Shown here: in pieces, positions 25,177 through 39,222 of the stretch
Numbering within the stretch: the stretch's first letter is position 1
How the letters are laid out: every line of letters begins with the position of its first letter
Assembly: GCA_051047955.1 (NCBI GenBank)
Contig: JBPGPT010000008.1
Location: 434,001 to 498,000, forward strand
Direction: 5' to 3'
DNA length: 64,000 bases
DNA from: Cystobasidiomycetes sp. EMM_F5
Taxonomy: Eukaryota
Notes under the pieces: generated by a model
Database searches by the model: none
What the model saw: only the letters and a program-made list of their open reading frames with translations
Told to the model about the DNA's origin: nothing
Translations under genes and position numbers: made by a program

Positions 25177-26747
25177 TCAGCACGAAAGTACTGCTAACGT
25201 TGACAAATCCTCGCTCACAGGAAGTATGCTCCACTGATATGGAAGCACCAGACCTCGCTGCCCGCTGCGATACTGCTCGACCGATCTGACAGCGTCTTCG
25301 ACATATCTTCTGCTAGAAAACTTCTCCACAAAGTACTTCTGGGCAGCTTTGGCTCGTTGCAAACGACCCGCAGGGTTTCTGTAAAGCCAATGATCGATCG
25401 TATGCTGAATGCGCTCGAGCGTATCGTTATGGCTGATAGGTACCACGAACTCCCGAAAAGCAGTCTGCCGATCGCTTGGGAGCGTCCCTATCATCATACA
25501 GCCGGCCGCAGCGGCTTCGCCATACTTCTGTAGCGAGTACTGCCATCTTGAGCCAGTGACTAGACAGATCTTGCTGTTCCCCAATTCAGTCGCAAAGTTC
25601 TCAAACTGCTCTTCCAACGTGTCGCTTGTGACACCGAGGCTGATACGCTGAGATGCCGCATATGCATCTGGATAGCCGGGATGCGGCCGGACACGACCTG
25701 CTCATAGGCCTGTATCCATCAGTATGCTACGGCTTCATGTCATATCTCGGACGTACCTGTGAGTCTCCCACTCGAAATTAGTTCGTGAAGTCGGGACCGG
25801 AAGGGATAGAAGGTAGCATCAACACTTCCAGCTAGAAGCACATCGTTTGAACGGGGTTTGTCGATATCGAAGACGAAACGTTCATCAATGAAGTGGGGCT
25901 GATGAACGAGTAGAGCATCGTCCATAAAGGCCTGATGCTCGTACAGCTCATTTGCATAGGACGCAAGAATGACGGAGATGTTTGCAGTCTTGTAGAGGAC
26001 GTGTCTGCGTCCATCTCTCATCTCGTGCGGGCGATCCAAGAATACGACTCCTTCTCGGCTCAATTCTGCCCAGTCTAGAAACGATTGCGTCGAGTTGATG
26101 TTGAGGTTCTTTTCTTGATCGTAATTCCCTGTCGCGATACAGATGTCAGAAAGGCTGCCTCATAACGACATTGCTCTTATGCACAATATGGTAGAACGCT
26201 GTCGAAATATGTTACGCTGCCAAATTGCCTCAGTATGTTGTCCTTCAGGCTTGACGATGAATTATAGCCGTCGAAGCCCGGTCCCCACAAGACGGCTTCT
26301 TCGATCAGATCCGAAGCCGCTGAAAAGGCAGTATGAGACCGCAGGAACCATCTGCCATTGTAATGAAAGGTGAGGTACAGATGTGCCTCAGCAATCGTGC
26401 GCTTGCCCTACATGGAACACTACTTGCGACTTGGCTCACCTGTCCATGAGGCTCTCCGAAGTCGTTCTATCTATCAAATGCAGTATCCTCATTCTAGGAG
26501 AATGAACGGGCCATGACGGTAGTCTCGCTGATGCTGAAGAATAGAGCGTGGACAGTGGCAGTCTCCCGGGAGACATCAGCACGCAATTGAACAGAATGAC
26601 CATGCCGAATAGGCTCAAGCCGAGGAAGCGGGATGGTAGCCAATTGTCGAACATTGAGGCGGTCACGGACCAAGTTGAGGAGCGTTCGAGACAACGATAC
26701 GAGTGGGAGCCCGCTCGAGATCTCTCATCATTGTTTCTTTTGTCCAT
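25177..26747 (-). CDS. Type II membrane GT-B glycosyltransferase, CgeB/Glyco_trans_1_2-like, copy 1 (3 introns)
   Basis: TM FLGLSLFGMVILFNCVLM; MRILHLID; WGPGF; LLAGSVDATFYPFRSRL; HPGYP; SKICLVTGSRWQYSLQKYGEAAAAGCMMIG. Confidence 0.7.
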
Positions 26748-27424
26748 ACTGCAGATCGTCGTAGATATGTCGTTGACGAGCGGCCGGGATCCGTCCACGA
26801 GCCCTGTCGAGCCTGAGCACGGGCGGCGAGTTGTTTACAACCAGCCATGCGAATTTGGAGGCTGTTGAGAGCCTCAGGATGAGATTGTCATCATACTTAT
26901 CTGATAGCCAAGATCCGGCTGGAAAATGCAGCGTATTCTTGGTTGTCAATTTCCTCAGGCTGCAAAGGGTCAGTTTTGGGGGATAAAAGGTGGGTAAATG
27001 AAACGAGCTACTTCTGCGGTCTGGTGCATAGGATACGAGTACGAGAGTAGCTGAGCCTCAGTATTCAGAGATATGTATAGAGCGATAGTGCCCAAGCCAG
27101 GCTGACGATAATGTACGCGTAAAAGACAGCCTGAGCGGGCAACACGACAGTCGAGCGGGCAATGGCAGCTTGTAAGGATTGTGCTGACAGGACCTTGTGT
27201 AACGCATGCACATTGTTGACTACCTGATGACCCAAAGAATCATCGAAAAGCCTGCAACATTTCCAATCGCGACGGGAATCGCCTCGGCTAATTTTGTGCA
27301 AACCTTCAATAACAACCCAGCCTCGTCTCTATATGCTACAACAACAGACTTCTTGCAAGCGGGTTCAATTTAACCGCTGCGAACTGAGGTACTCACTCTA
27401 GCGTCTCTTCGGCGAATGGGATAT

Positions 27425-29013
27425 TCAACCATCAAAAGGCAGCGGAACCTGCAAGTGAAACATTACGTCAGCTGAAAGCGAAGAATGTGGCACATCATAA
27501 CCTACGGGCAGCGCCTTCCACTCGTAGGGCAGTACGAGTCCCCTCTGACCATTGCGGAACTGGCCAATCCATCTGACCACATCCTCCGCATACTTCCTGC
27601 TTGAGAAATTCTCCACAAAGTACTTTTGTGCGGCCTTTGCACGCTTTATACGCCCCTTTGGATCGACGTGCAGCCAGTGATTGATGGTATCGCGAATGTG
27701 CAGCTCCGGATCATTCTGTTTGAGTGGGACGATGAGATCTCGCAGTACGTTCTGGCGATCACTTGGAACGGTGCCCATCATCATACATCCGGCTGCTGCC
27801 GCCTCGCCGTACTTTTGCACAGAGTACTGCCATCTTGACCCAGTCACAAAGCATATCTTGCTGTCGCCCAGCTCATTGGCAAAGTCTTGTGCCTGGTGAG
27901 CCAGACTATCGTTGTTGATGCCACGCTGTGCTCGTTCTGCTTCGGTGAATGTATCGGGATACCCAGGGTGAGCACGGACGCGGCCTGTAGAATGTCATCA
28001 GTAGTATGCTGACGATTGCGAGAACAGTAATGAACTGACCGGTAATCTTCTTGTCTCTGATGAGCTCATTTAGTCGATGTCGCAGGGGATAAAAGTCGAG
28101 ATTTAGGCCGCCCGCGAGCAGAGCATCGTTTGAGCGTGTTTTCTCTGGATCGTGTATAAAGCTGTCATCGATGAAGTGAGGTTGATGAACGAGCAGCGCG
28201 TGCTTGCCAAATTTCTGATAGTCGTACAGCTCGTTCGGGTATGGCGCAAGTACCAAGGAAACGTTGGAGTGCTCATAGAAGAAGCGCCTTCTCTCATCCC
28301 GCATCTCGTGGGGCCTGTCAATCATGACGACACCCTCCCGACTGAGCTCGGCCCACTCGAGGAAGCGATGCGTCGAATTCGCCTTGAGAAAAATCTCTTG
28401 GTCGTTGTTGACTGAGGTTTGGCTAGCGTCAGCTTAATCTCGTGGGCGTGGCTCGGTTCGGACGTACAATATGTCAGAACAGCATCAAAATACCTCGCAT
28501 CGCCGTACACATTTTTTATATTTTGTTTCAAACTCGACGAGTTTTCATACTTCGGAAAGCCTGGACCCCACATGACGGCTTCTTCGACTAGGTCAGTTGC
28601 CGCTTGAAATGCGCCATGTGAGCGCAGAAACCATCTACAGTTGGGTAAAGTCAATCATTGATTCGTGCTTTGGCGATGTCTCGGGTTTTTCTGACTCACC
28701 TATCCATCAGACTTTCCGATGTTGGCTTATCTATCAAGTGCAGCATTCGTATCTTGGGCGACTTTGTATGTGATGGCGGACGTGACGCAAATTGCGAGAT
28801 TGCCTTTGGCAATATCCCCGTCACGGCTGCACATTGCTGCGAGAGGGGCGGCAGGGCGGGTGACAAGAAGGCAATGTTGATGAGGGTGAATACTGTGCAT
28901 GTAAGGAACGCTTGAGACCGGAGTCGACGCCAGAGGTTCTGTGCAGACTGAGAAGGGCGCCGTGGGGATTTGTCGGTGTACGCCGGCAACAGGGACGTCT
29001 TGCTCGAGCTCAT
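27425..29013 (-). CDS. Type II membrane GT-B glycosyltransferase, CgeB/Glyco_trans_1_2-like, copy 2 (3 introns)
   Basis: TM AFLTCTVFTLINIAFL; IRMLHLID; WGPGF; LLAGGLNLDFYPLRHRL; HPGYP; SKICFVTGSRWQYSVQKYGEAAAAGCMMMG; same intron positions as copy 1. Confidence 0.7.
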
Positions 29014-29815
29014 GTTATATGGTCAGCAACATCAAAGTGATGGATGTAAGGCAGTCTAGCAGTCAGCGCATCAGCTCACACCGGCTCACGTCTGTCAGCA
29101 GCACTCCCTGCACATGTCAATTCGGCTGGGCTGTTGTTGCCATGTCGGGCTCTCTGAGGGAGGCTGGCAGCGATTTCGCTCAAATGGGCAACTGCCTTTC
29201 TGTAGTCAGAGGAGCGCCAAGCAGCCGTAGGACCTTCAGCGAATCAGCGATACTATGAATGGGACTGTGAGGGTGCTGTGTTGCATTATCGCAGCGGGGT
29301 AGCTCATTGTTAGGGCTGGCTGCGATATTAATCCGACGAAGGTCCATCGATGAAACCTGTACGGAAGCCGGCAGCCAGTAAAGTATAGTATCCACACCTG
29401 TATAATAAGCTGTGTGTATGCCTAGTAGACATGCTGCAAGGCCCTTCACGGCTCGCTGGCCAGTCCATATTTTGACGCCGCAGACATGGGTTGCATCCCG
29501 ACCCAAGCATGACATTCGCAAGCATTTGTAACAGACACAGATACAGCTGGTCGTCTCATGTTGTTCGCGCGCCAATTCTACGCATTCGCAGGCGAGGTTT
29601 GGTCGATAAAGTCGCAACCAGTCTACTCCGCATCGCGGTCGAGGGTGTTGTAATGTCAAAAACTATGCGGCACGGCTCAAAGACTGCGTGCATGTAATCC
29701 AATCACTAACAGTCTACTGCTGATACTTCCCGCCGCTTCCAGACGCCCGTCTGATCGCTCTGGCACGGCATCCCTCCGTACACATATATTCCCAGATGAT
29801 GCCCGACACTGATCT

Positions 29816-30525
29816 TCACCACTGGATATTAGGGTCCTTTAGACTGTCTCGGATCTTCGACACCCGCTGTTGCAACTGTTGACGACGCAGACGAGCGCGC
29901 ATGCTCGGCAGCATAGCGGCGCAGGTAATCCTAGTGACTGACATTCGTCCAGCGCCGCATCTACAATTTGCGACATTGTAGGTTTTGCCCGCTGTGACCG
30001 TTGAGTAAGATATAATGGAATCGCCTAGTGAAGGCGAGCATGATGCCAGTAATCCGTTGATGGGTCTGACCAGCTCTGTTCTGCGGGTCACATTACACAC
30101 TCGGTGAACATAGTTCGAAACTTCTGGAGCGGACGCCTGTAACAGGGCCCTTACTTGTAGTAGATTACTGGGAACGTGGTGGTGCTGCTAGTAGCCGCGT
30201 TGCCGGGATAATCTTGGAGAAGAAGGCAAAAGGCACTGTCTAGGGAAAAGAGTGCTCCTATGCAGGCTGCATAATTACGAAGGTCAGGGCTGAAGCACTT
30301 ATATAAGCCTCGGACAATCTAGGGTAACTACTGACCAACGCCGGCTGTGGTGCACGCGAGTCGACACGCACTAGGGGTTGTCGCAGTTGTGCCGCTGCCC
30401 AATGTCGTATCGTCTGGATGGGTGATATACTGTCCTGATGGGAAATTGAATGCGTCGTATACTTGCGCCTTGACGGATGTGCAGATAATCAGAGCGCTGA
30501 GCGCAATCGCTCGCCAGCAAAACAT
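29816..30525 (-). CDS. Small secreted cysteine-rich protein with PAN/apple-like motif, paralog A
   Basis: Signal peptide MFCWRAIALSALIICTSVKA|Q; introns 30335-30267 and 30154-30081 give ...SACRLACTTAGVACIGALFSLDSAFCLL...NCRCGAGRMSVTRITCAAMLPSMRARLRR...DPNIQW*. Confidence 0.8.
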
Positions 30526-31720
30526 TATCAGGAAAGGAGGAAGCAGCTTCAGCAGCAGTTTTGGACAGCAAAACTCGAAAAGTTGGAGTATTGTCAACAG
30601 AGGCCGTAAGTACGATGTCAACGGACACACGCTACTAGCGCAAACGTTTCGATGCTGCGTGCAGCCTTGTCGCGGGAAGCGGGAAGGTTTTGTAGGGCGT
30701 CCCGGAAGCTGATAATGATCTGAGACAGGGTCACCCAGATGTCGACATCCCACCGGCTGCACGGTGCCGGCTGACAGCTGTAACTGAACGCGCCGGCCTT
30801 TTCGGACTGTCAAGGTGCACCGTACAGCTCAAGTCCATATCGTTCTGATCGCTTGACGAGCTTGTAGAGCGTGCCTATCCGGTCCGAATCCAACAACGGG
30901 TGTTTTTACAGACAGTACTGTTGCTTTGCCGGCCCACTGACATCCGGATGCTATCTTGTAGCAAGCGAATCGACCGGCGACTTTCAGCTGGCAGGGATGA
31001 TCTGTGCTTCGGCAGAGAGTAAGAGTCGGCTGCGCCATTGTCGAAGTGGGCGATAGCTTAGTCCTACAAGTCGATAAGAGCCGAGTGCGCCGCCAGTCAT
31101 GTTGACGCGTTGTTGTGCTACAATAGTGTCGAACAGTGCTCGCGTCGCTGCCATCGAGTCTGTTTCGAGTCGGTCTAGCCTGGATATCGCATGCTCCCCC
31201 GACACTGATTGATGAAGCTGGTAGTACCGAATCGACACTGACAACGACGACGTGGGCTGGCCATTTGTAAGTATCCTTGCGCACATCAGCTCGCGTTGCC
31301 TATCTGTCTTTCGGCCATGAGGCATTGTCGATATCAGCTGTTTTGTGTCATTTCTGCGCACGTAAAAGGCGATTCAGAAACCGCCAGCTGGTCGAGTGTG
31401 CCGGTGCGTGCTGTAGAGCCATGCAGAGTGTCCTAAGCGTGTCCAGATATTCATGACTCCTAATACTTTCCTAGATTACTTGATTTCCGACTGGATCCCT
31501 CTGCCTCTTTGCGACATGATATGGCCATGAATGTTGGCAGAGGACACCTCCGATACTCCTGCGAATGGATCCAGTCTGCAGCTAGGACATCGCGGCGAGT
31601 CTCGAATATCGCATTGGTCAACGTCCAACCTGGGTCGCAGTCTTGTACAAATCAGTGACGCAGCCCGTCCAAGTCTCGACAATCACAACTGCCAGCTGAA
31701 GGTCCATATATCACCACACC

Positions 31721-34700
31721 ATGCGGGTCATACGAGCGTACGATGGCAGGCTGCTCCCCATTGCCATCGACGACTTTCCCCCGGATCCGAGTCTCGAGAC
31801 GGTGCTCACCATGGTCGCCGAGTGCAGCGATATCCCAGTGACGGCGCTCATCGTGATGCACCCTTCCGGGAGGCAGATGGACCGCGACTCGCTGAGGATA
31901 CTCATGGGCAGGCCAGCTGGGTCAAAGCAGGATACGGCAGAACAGGCGACCGTGTTTGCATTCGACCGCGAACTGATTGAGGCTGACCTGGCTGGGCCAG
32001 AGGGGATAGAAGTTATGCGCCAGATGGACAAAAACACCGTGCAGATGGTCGCAGATGCGCCAGGTCATCGTGGGTCGTCTAGTCTTGCAGAATAAGGTGC
32101 CGCTGACGATGTTTTGCCACTGATTTCGCAGCAAACGACCAGCTCGCTCTCACCGTCGACCTGATACAGAGCATCCGCGAACAGCGTAATGCTCTCTCTG
32201 CAGCTCTCAACAACCTAGAACGACACCGAGGAGGGCGGCAAGAAGCAATCAAAGCATACACACACTTCGCTGCTCCACAACTGAAGCAATTCAAGGACGT
32301 CCTAGCCGTCTACCCTGCAGCGATATCAATCGCTTCACAGATCAATGTCATTCCGAAACTGCAGGGCTCTTCCAGTTCCTCAAGCTCATCGGACGCCAAG
32401 TCAGCCCGAGTCAGTAGGGACCGCCCGCTGTCAGACTATGTCAATCAGGAGCGCATGGAGAATGTCCGCAAAAGCTGCCAGCGCGTATTGGACGATCTCG
32501 AAGCAAAAGATGCCGAAATGCAGTCTCTTGTTCAAGGCATTGCTGCAGAGACTGCCAGCCTCAAACAAGGTTTCAGTGAATACAAGTCAGTCGGGCCGTG
32601 CAGACGCGTCAAATAATACTCTTCGAGCTGATGAGGGTATATTCTACAGTTCTGACGATTTGGACGTGGCAGAAACCGATGCACGTGAAGCCTACACCAA
32701 ACTCCTGCACATGGTCGAGCAAGCCGAGCCATCTCAAGCTCACCCCGACCGCAATCCCGCTGTACGTGAACTGTTCGAGGAGGTCGAGGATCGCTTGGAG
32801 TATCTCGTAAAGCGCAAGGTGAGCTATCCTGACCTTTAGGTGTGAACGCATGCACTGAACTGCCTGTGTATGCAAAGCATATTGACACGCGACGTTTGTT
32901 GGTGTCTCTGCAAAGTATAGCACAACTTCAGTCACAGATCGCACAGACTCCGAAAATGACACAGGCTTTCAACGATGACCTCCGGTAGATGTTTGTGCTG
33001 CTGCCGAGGCGAACGTGCTGCTGAAACGTCAGGATATCGCAGTACCAAATGTGATGGTTTCAAACACCTCACAAGGATACGGAATTTTGCATCGTCTTAT
33101 GTCGCTACTTTAGCTGAAGCGATACGCCGACGGCTCTATCGTAAGTCGACGTATGCTTCGCGAATTTCATTTAGCTTAAGCAATCTTGTGCAGTGAACAA
33201 TATTCTGGCCTGCTCGGCAGCGCAGGCTGCGACATTCGATAAATTGGGTGCCGAGGAGAAGAAGCGTCGTGGCATCTTCCAGGCGGAATGGGCTGGAACA
33301 CTACCTTGGGCTATCCCTGGCTTCGAACAGCCTGTCGCATCCCTGGACATTCATTTAACAGGCACACGCGACTCCGCAACTGATAATGACGAAGACACGA
33401 ACGGCAACCTTAGCGTCGCTGATCTCGACAGTACGTACCATACCCTGCATATGCACGCTGGCGCTGACCCGTCAATTTTAGACCTGATTGAAGCTCTGAC
33501 TAACGTGTCGACGTCTCTTAAACCAGAAGATTATCCCGCGGGAGAGGTGCCGCACCCGGTTGACGACGCCCTCTCCCTTGCCATCAAGTACAAGAAGCAG
33601 ATCGAAGATCTTCAGCACGAATTTAATGCGCTACGAGCGAGGATTACCAGCCCGGAAGCAAGCGTGTCATCTGCTGATTCAGCTTCTAAACCATCTGCCG
33701 AGCTGCGTGATGCAGTCACGAAGGACAAGTATACACAGCTTCAAGCTGAATTGGCCGACGCTCGCGGCTCTATTGACCAACAAGCTGCAGAACACGATGC
33801 TCGCGTTGCAGCACTGCGGGAAGAAGTCGCGCATGCGGTAGCAAAGCAGACGAGCGCTGAAGAAGCTGTCTTGCTATCCGAGAACACCATCGAATCACTG
33901 AAACGCACAGCGGCCGCTGCCAGGCAGGCTGAGCAAGACAGCAATGCGGAAGCTAAGAGATTAAGGCAAGATCTTATCGCTGAACAAGCCCAGAGCACTC
34001 GAAAAATGGCCGATCAAGCAGCACTTGTGAAGATTCTGGAGCTCGAGTTGACCGAGCTCAAATCTAGACACGCCGTGATTGCGCGAGAATTGACTAATTC
34101 TGAGGAGCGATGCGAAGTCCTTCAAGAACGGTCTCGCGACCTACTCAACAACTTACGGCAGAAGGAGCAGACGATCAAAGACATGACGACAGAACGTGCT
34201 GCGATAGCAGCTGAACGCGCTGCGGATTTGGTAGCGCAGCGGGAGCGTTCCGTGCAGCACGAGCAAGCTATATCCGCTGCGTCAAACGATAAAGCCGCGC
34301 TGCACGAGCTACAAATCAGCCTGTCAACAAAGGAGAGCGAAGCAGCTGAATTGCAAGTGATGTGCAATGAGCGCAGTAAAGCTCTATCGCAAGCTCTGAG
34401 CCAGGCGACCACAATCTCGAGCGATACGCGCACTCTCCTGAATCATCTTCGCCTATTCTTTGATAGCCATATCGTCCCACTTACGCATTTCGTGAATGAA
34501 CCTACTCTAGTGGCTAAGTCTGCCGCTCCGAAAGAGATGCCTGTCATTGTCTCTCCTGTTCCGATGTTCGATGCAGCTTCCATGTCGGCAGCCATCGAAA
34601 GCCTGGCGACAATGGATTGTAGCGTTTTCGAGCACACCAAGCAGAAGATACAAGCGTCGTCACTGCAGACGCGCAAGTGGCAAAAGGAGTGCAAGAGATA

Positions 34701-36086
34701 CAAGGAGAGGACGGAGAGGGCAGTCGCTGCGTCTCGCGATAAGATTGCTTTCGGCAGGTGTGTCAACTTACGCTGAAGAACGAAGCCCGTTTGCTTAGGC
34801 AATTCGAAACGCAGCTTCGCCGTAGGTGATGTCGCTCTCTTCCTACCAACGCGAAATGCAGCTACGCAGCTTTTTGCGGCTTTCAACTATGTACGTGTCC
34901 TGGTCGCCGGTTGCAGCCCGTCTAAAATATGAATATTCGTGCAGGGAAAGCCCAACTACTTTTTGACGCCTACTGGAATACTGGTTGACCACGTCAAAAC
35001 GCGCGATTGTAAGGCATTGTTTATTGTTTATTGATAAGGCGTCCCTCAATCTCTGGCTGACTTGCCCAATCGACAGATATCATCGCACGCATCTCGAGCA
35101 TCAAGGAAGCAACAGTGACCTTGGACGACCCCGTTGGCAATCCATACTCGTTAGCACTTGGCAGCAGATACTTTCAGCTGGAAGCAGAACCATGGCGGCG
35201 GGAGAAAGACCGAGAGAAGCTCGTCAGCATGAGCAAGGAAGCTGCTGCAACCAGGGCAGGGGCCAGACGCGCTTCCGCATCTGAAGCAGTGCCGCAGTCG
35301 CAGGAGCCTTGCAATGGCGTACCGGAGCGAAGTGACACTTTGACTGCCAGCAACTTGCCGGGCCACTCGCCAGACAGCGCTTCCCCACAACGAGTCCAAG
35401 AGGCCTTTCCCCCAGATATCATCCCGCAAACTGTCGAAGGCCCGTCAAGTCCACCTCCCTTTGTTCGACGTACTGTCAGCGAGTCTCCAGCAACGGCTTT
35501 TTCGGCTTTGAGCGCACAAAGACCGGCGGTCCTCGACGTTATTGTAGAGCCAGAACCGCATCTGGAATCCACTATCCTTCGTGGTACTAGCGGAGCTGCG
35601 GTGTCTAGTCCGCCGGACCTTGTAGCCGCGACCTCTCTACCAGACTTGCAGCCGTCATCAGTGGGGAGCGTTGCAGCTGCGTTTCTGCCGATGGCCTCGC
35701 GAGACAGTCATCGACATTCTGTAAACCTATCCGCAACCCGACCACCGATGGGTACGAGTATGCCTCGGTCAGCCTCGTCAAACGAGTCGCACGGCCCTTC
35801 GTCCTGGAAGATGATGGCCGGGAGTCAGCTAATGGGCAGCATGACCACAAAGGCGCGACCGGTTTGTGCTACGACTGAGGCTTTGAGCGATGACGGAAGC
35901 AGCTGGATGGACTTGCGACGTACTCACACTGTCGGTCGGTACGTCAGTCGGTCGACTGGAGCAAGACTGGGTTCTACTCCAGACGGCGCATCCAGAATGC
36001 CTGCTAGATCTGCCTCAAATGCAGCGGACATCCTTCGGTCTTTTTCCACAAACAGCAAGAACATCCCAAACACGAGTGAGCATTGA
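31721..36086 (+). CDS. ATG11: Autophagy-related protein 11 (selective autophagy scaffold)
   Basis: Long coiled coil then KWQKECK...ASRDKIAF|SFAVGDVALFLPTRN...AAFN...IIARI...NPYSLALGSRYFQLEAEPW (ATG11 C-terminal claw domain). Confidence 0.92.
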
Positions 36087-36457
36087 CATTACGATCATAC
36101 GGCTGTATCGAAAAGAGCTTCTATGTACTTTTGGCTTGATGACACTCCCCAGACCTAGCCCACATGTAGCCAGATTCCCTCAAACCAGATAACAGACTTA
36201 CACGTTGTCGCGCACAGATTGATTGCAATGCTGGGCGATATTTCCCTGCTCTTTCTGCGCATATTATCGTTCTTTCTTAACCCCGGTCTTGCATGATTCG
36301 GCTTGTCAATTTCTTGACAGTTGCGAACCGATTTGGCCAGGAAGCACTTCAAAGCACACAACGAAATTGCTGCCCACGATCTGGGATTGCCGAATATCAA
36401 CCCTGCCAGGCTGGCTCACTTCACCTTGGTCCACATAGCAGCTGGAAGGCAGCAGAC

Positions 36458-37993
36458 ATGACAATTCTAGGCAACATCTCGGATGCTCTTCGGGGCCAGC
36501 CGACGTCGCACAAGATCAAGCGAGGTGGGCTTGTATTGCTGTGCGTCTTTGCCGGACTCCTCTGATGCCAGCTTCCCGTCTTTCAGAGTACATATTCAGC
36601 GACCATCATTCGGATATTTTAGGAACTGGTGGATACTCCCGTACGCAGCATGAGCGAACGCTCGGTAGGAAGGCATTGCGACTGACTGAGTTACCCGTAA
36701 TCTTCCACTGTGCGCTCGGCAGGCGTCGAAAGAGTCAAGAGCGTCAGAATGGACAAATATGTCGCAATGAAGATAGTCAACAAGACTGTCGTTTCAAACA
36801 GAGAAAACTACCTGAGTCTACTACAACGCGTCAAGGAAATGTACGCCGACCTGCAAACGGACGATATCAGTATGTATTTCCTTGTCGCAATACGCGTTCG
36901 CCGAGTCCCGGGGGGAAGAAGCATGGCTGATTTGGTCTATTGCGTGCAGTAAGAGGATACGAATGGTTTGAATCTATAGATCGCTACTACATCGTGTTTG
37001 AGCTCGCAGCTGGAGGAGACATGTTTGACCGGATACTTCGTTAGTCGCCCCAGATTGCGGCTATCCTGCGACTCCTGACGGCATCACCGCACTAGACTAC
37101 GGCAGATACAGCGAGAAGGTAGCAAAAGGTGTAATGCGGCGGATATTGGTAAGTCCGGCTCTTTCCGTTACGACAACTGGCTCACTATCCGAACTACTTT
37201 GTCGCAGACCGCTCTTCAATTCGTGCACAATTATGGGCTTATACACCGGGACATCAAGCCGGAAAATTTCTTTTATCGTGATCCGGAAGACCCGCTCAAC
37301 TTCGGAATGGCGGATTTCGGTCTGGCAATAGTCTGTTCTGAGAAAAACGAGTCAGACACGGAGCGGTATTATGAGATTGCGGGCACACCGGGCTATGCTG
37401 CACCAGAGATATACAGGAGGACAGGGTACGGCAAGAAGAGTGATTTATTTGGAGTCGGAGTCTTGGGTCAGTACCGATGACAGACGAAACTACGGCGCTG
37501 ATGAGCGCTACGCAAAACACAGGGTATATTGCTTTATCCTCTTGGTCACCGTGGAATTCTAGCGAACCAAAGCAGTTGATGATTGAAACTATGACACTGC
37601 CAGTCAAGTACTATCCGTCGCACTGGCAAGGAGTCAGCGAACAAGGTGAGTCTAGAAACCTTTTTTCTTTCATCACCAAAAGCCTCTTGGTCTGACTACA
37701 TCTGTTCCTTGTTGGTTGCAGCGAAAGACTTCATTACCGGACTAGTTCAGAAAGACCCAGAGCGACGCTTTACGATCAAGCAAGCATTGGCGCATGAGTG
37801 GCTTACTACAACGGCCGGTGAAGAAGCAGACGCTGCTCTACCAGTCCCGCAGAACCTGACTCGGCACAAAACGGCGAAAGCCGAGACGCTATACGAGGGC
37901 TGCGAGATTGCCCGAGCGCTCACCAAGCATGCTGCCGACGAAAATCTTCATGCGCTTCCGGAAGCAGTACCGCCGTCGCGCAAAATTCTGTAG
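36458..37993 (+). CDS. Ser/Thr protein kinase, CAMK-like, many small exons
   Basis: LGTGGYS, VAMKIV, FELAAGGDMFDRIL, IHRDIKPENF, ADFGLA, AGTPGYAAPE, DLFGVG, RFTIKQALAHEW. Confidence 0.9.
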
Positions 37994-38155
37994 ATCCTAC
38001 TATGCCGTATATAATATTTCAGGCACTGCATCCGCCTTATTGCACTGTGCTGGTTCAATGTACTAAACTGTAAGTATACCTGCATAAATTGTGCATATTT
38101 CTTGTGTTGTAGCGCTTAGAGGTCAGCGTCCCCATTCATTGAAGCTGTGTCCGTA

Positions 38156-39222
38156 CTACGGAGCTTGTAGAGCCGCAAAGTCAGAGTCTTGCCAGTCAAC
38201 AAATTCGCCGCTTCTGGCTTTGGGTGCATGCAGTGTGAGAGCCGCCAGCAGATAGCCTGGCTTGCGTGCTGGCAGGAGCTTCCCATCCGCGTGAAGATTC
38301 GTGAATTTGGCGCTGCAATACGATGTCAGCGTCCTGCTTCTGCAGCGACTGTAGATCAGTCACGTACGCGTCTGCAGGGGACATATATTGGGCCGCTGTG
38401 TGGAGTCTGATCAGACAGTCGCATTGCCGTGTCAACTTGTGACATCGCCTACCCGACGACCGCAAGAGTTCCTGCATTCCAGTATCGACTACTCCAGGCC
38501 TGACTGCGAGAAAAGTGATATCTTTCTCCTCGCTTGCTGCCGTCCGACAGAGGCTGTTTAGAGCGGCTCTGTGGAACACAGCGCCATCAGGCTGATATGT
38601 AATTAGGTAAATGAGTCATTCGGACTGACTTTGAGGCGTTGTACGCTGACCATGCAGCGTAGTTGCCGACAGCTGCTCCGGATGAGGTAAAGATGACTTT
38701 TCCTGATGTTTGTCTTAGATGCGGGATTGACAGTTTGAGCGCCGTTACGAGCGAGAAGAAGTTGACGTCAAAGTGAGCTTTGTAGGCGTTTACATCAGCG
38801 TCAACGATGCGGGAGACGGGCTCGAGTACGCCTCTTTGATGGACGGACGAATGCTCTCGTCAGATCATACTGCGTCTGAAGCGATACAACATGCTCACGC
38901 ATTGAGGAGCAGTCCATCGAGCTTGCCAAACTTGCTGACGGCCGCAGCGATTGCATTCTGCACATTGTGCTATTTCAGAAACTTTGCGCGGCTACTTGAA
39001 AGCTGGCACTCCCACCTGTTGGTCTTTTTCGTTGGCAACGTCCCCCTCAACGACTTCGAGCTTGGAGCTGTGTTGCTTTTGCAAGAACTGGAGCTCCTCA
39101 GGACACGACCGACTGAGCGCCGTGACGTTGCACTTGAATGTCCCCAGCAGGGCCTTGACTGCTTCAAGGCCAATGCCTTTCGACGCGCCCGTAACAAGTA
39201 TGGACTTTGCTAAATCCGACAT
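38156..39222 (-). CDS. Short-chain dehydrogenase/reductase (sepiapterin-reductase / yeast IRC24-like)
   Basis: ILVTGASKGIG, LDGLLLN, FDVNFFSLV, FTSSGAA, WSAYNASK, AVRPGVVDTGMQ, GEFVDW. Confidence 0.88.

Noticed and set aside
30600..31700. Several overlapping 60-150 aa ORFs upstream of ATG11
   Set aside because: No recognisable motifs or coherent splice structure; likely intergenic/promoter DNA
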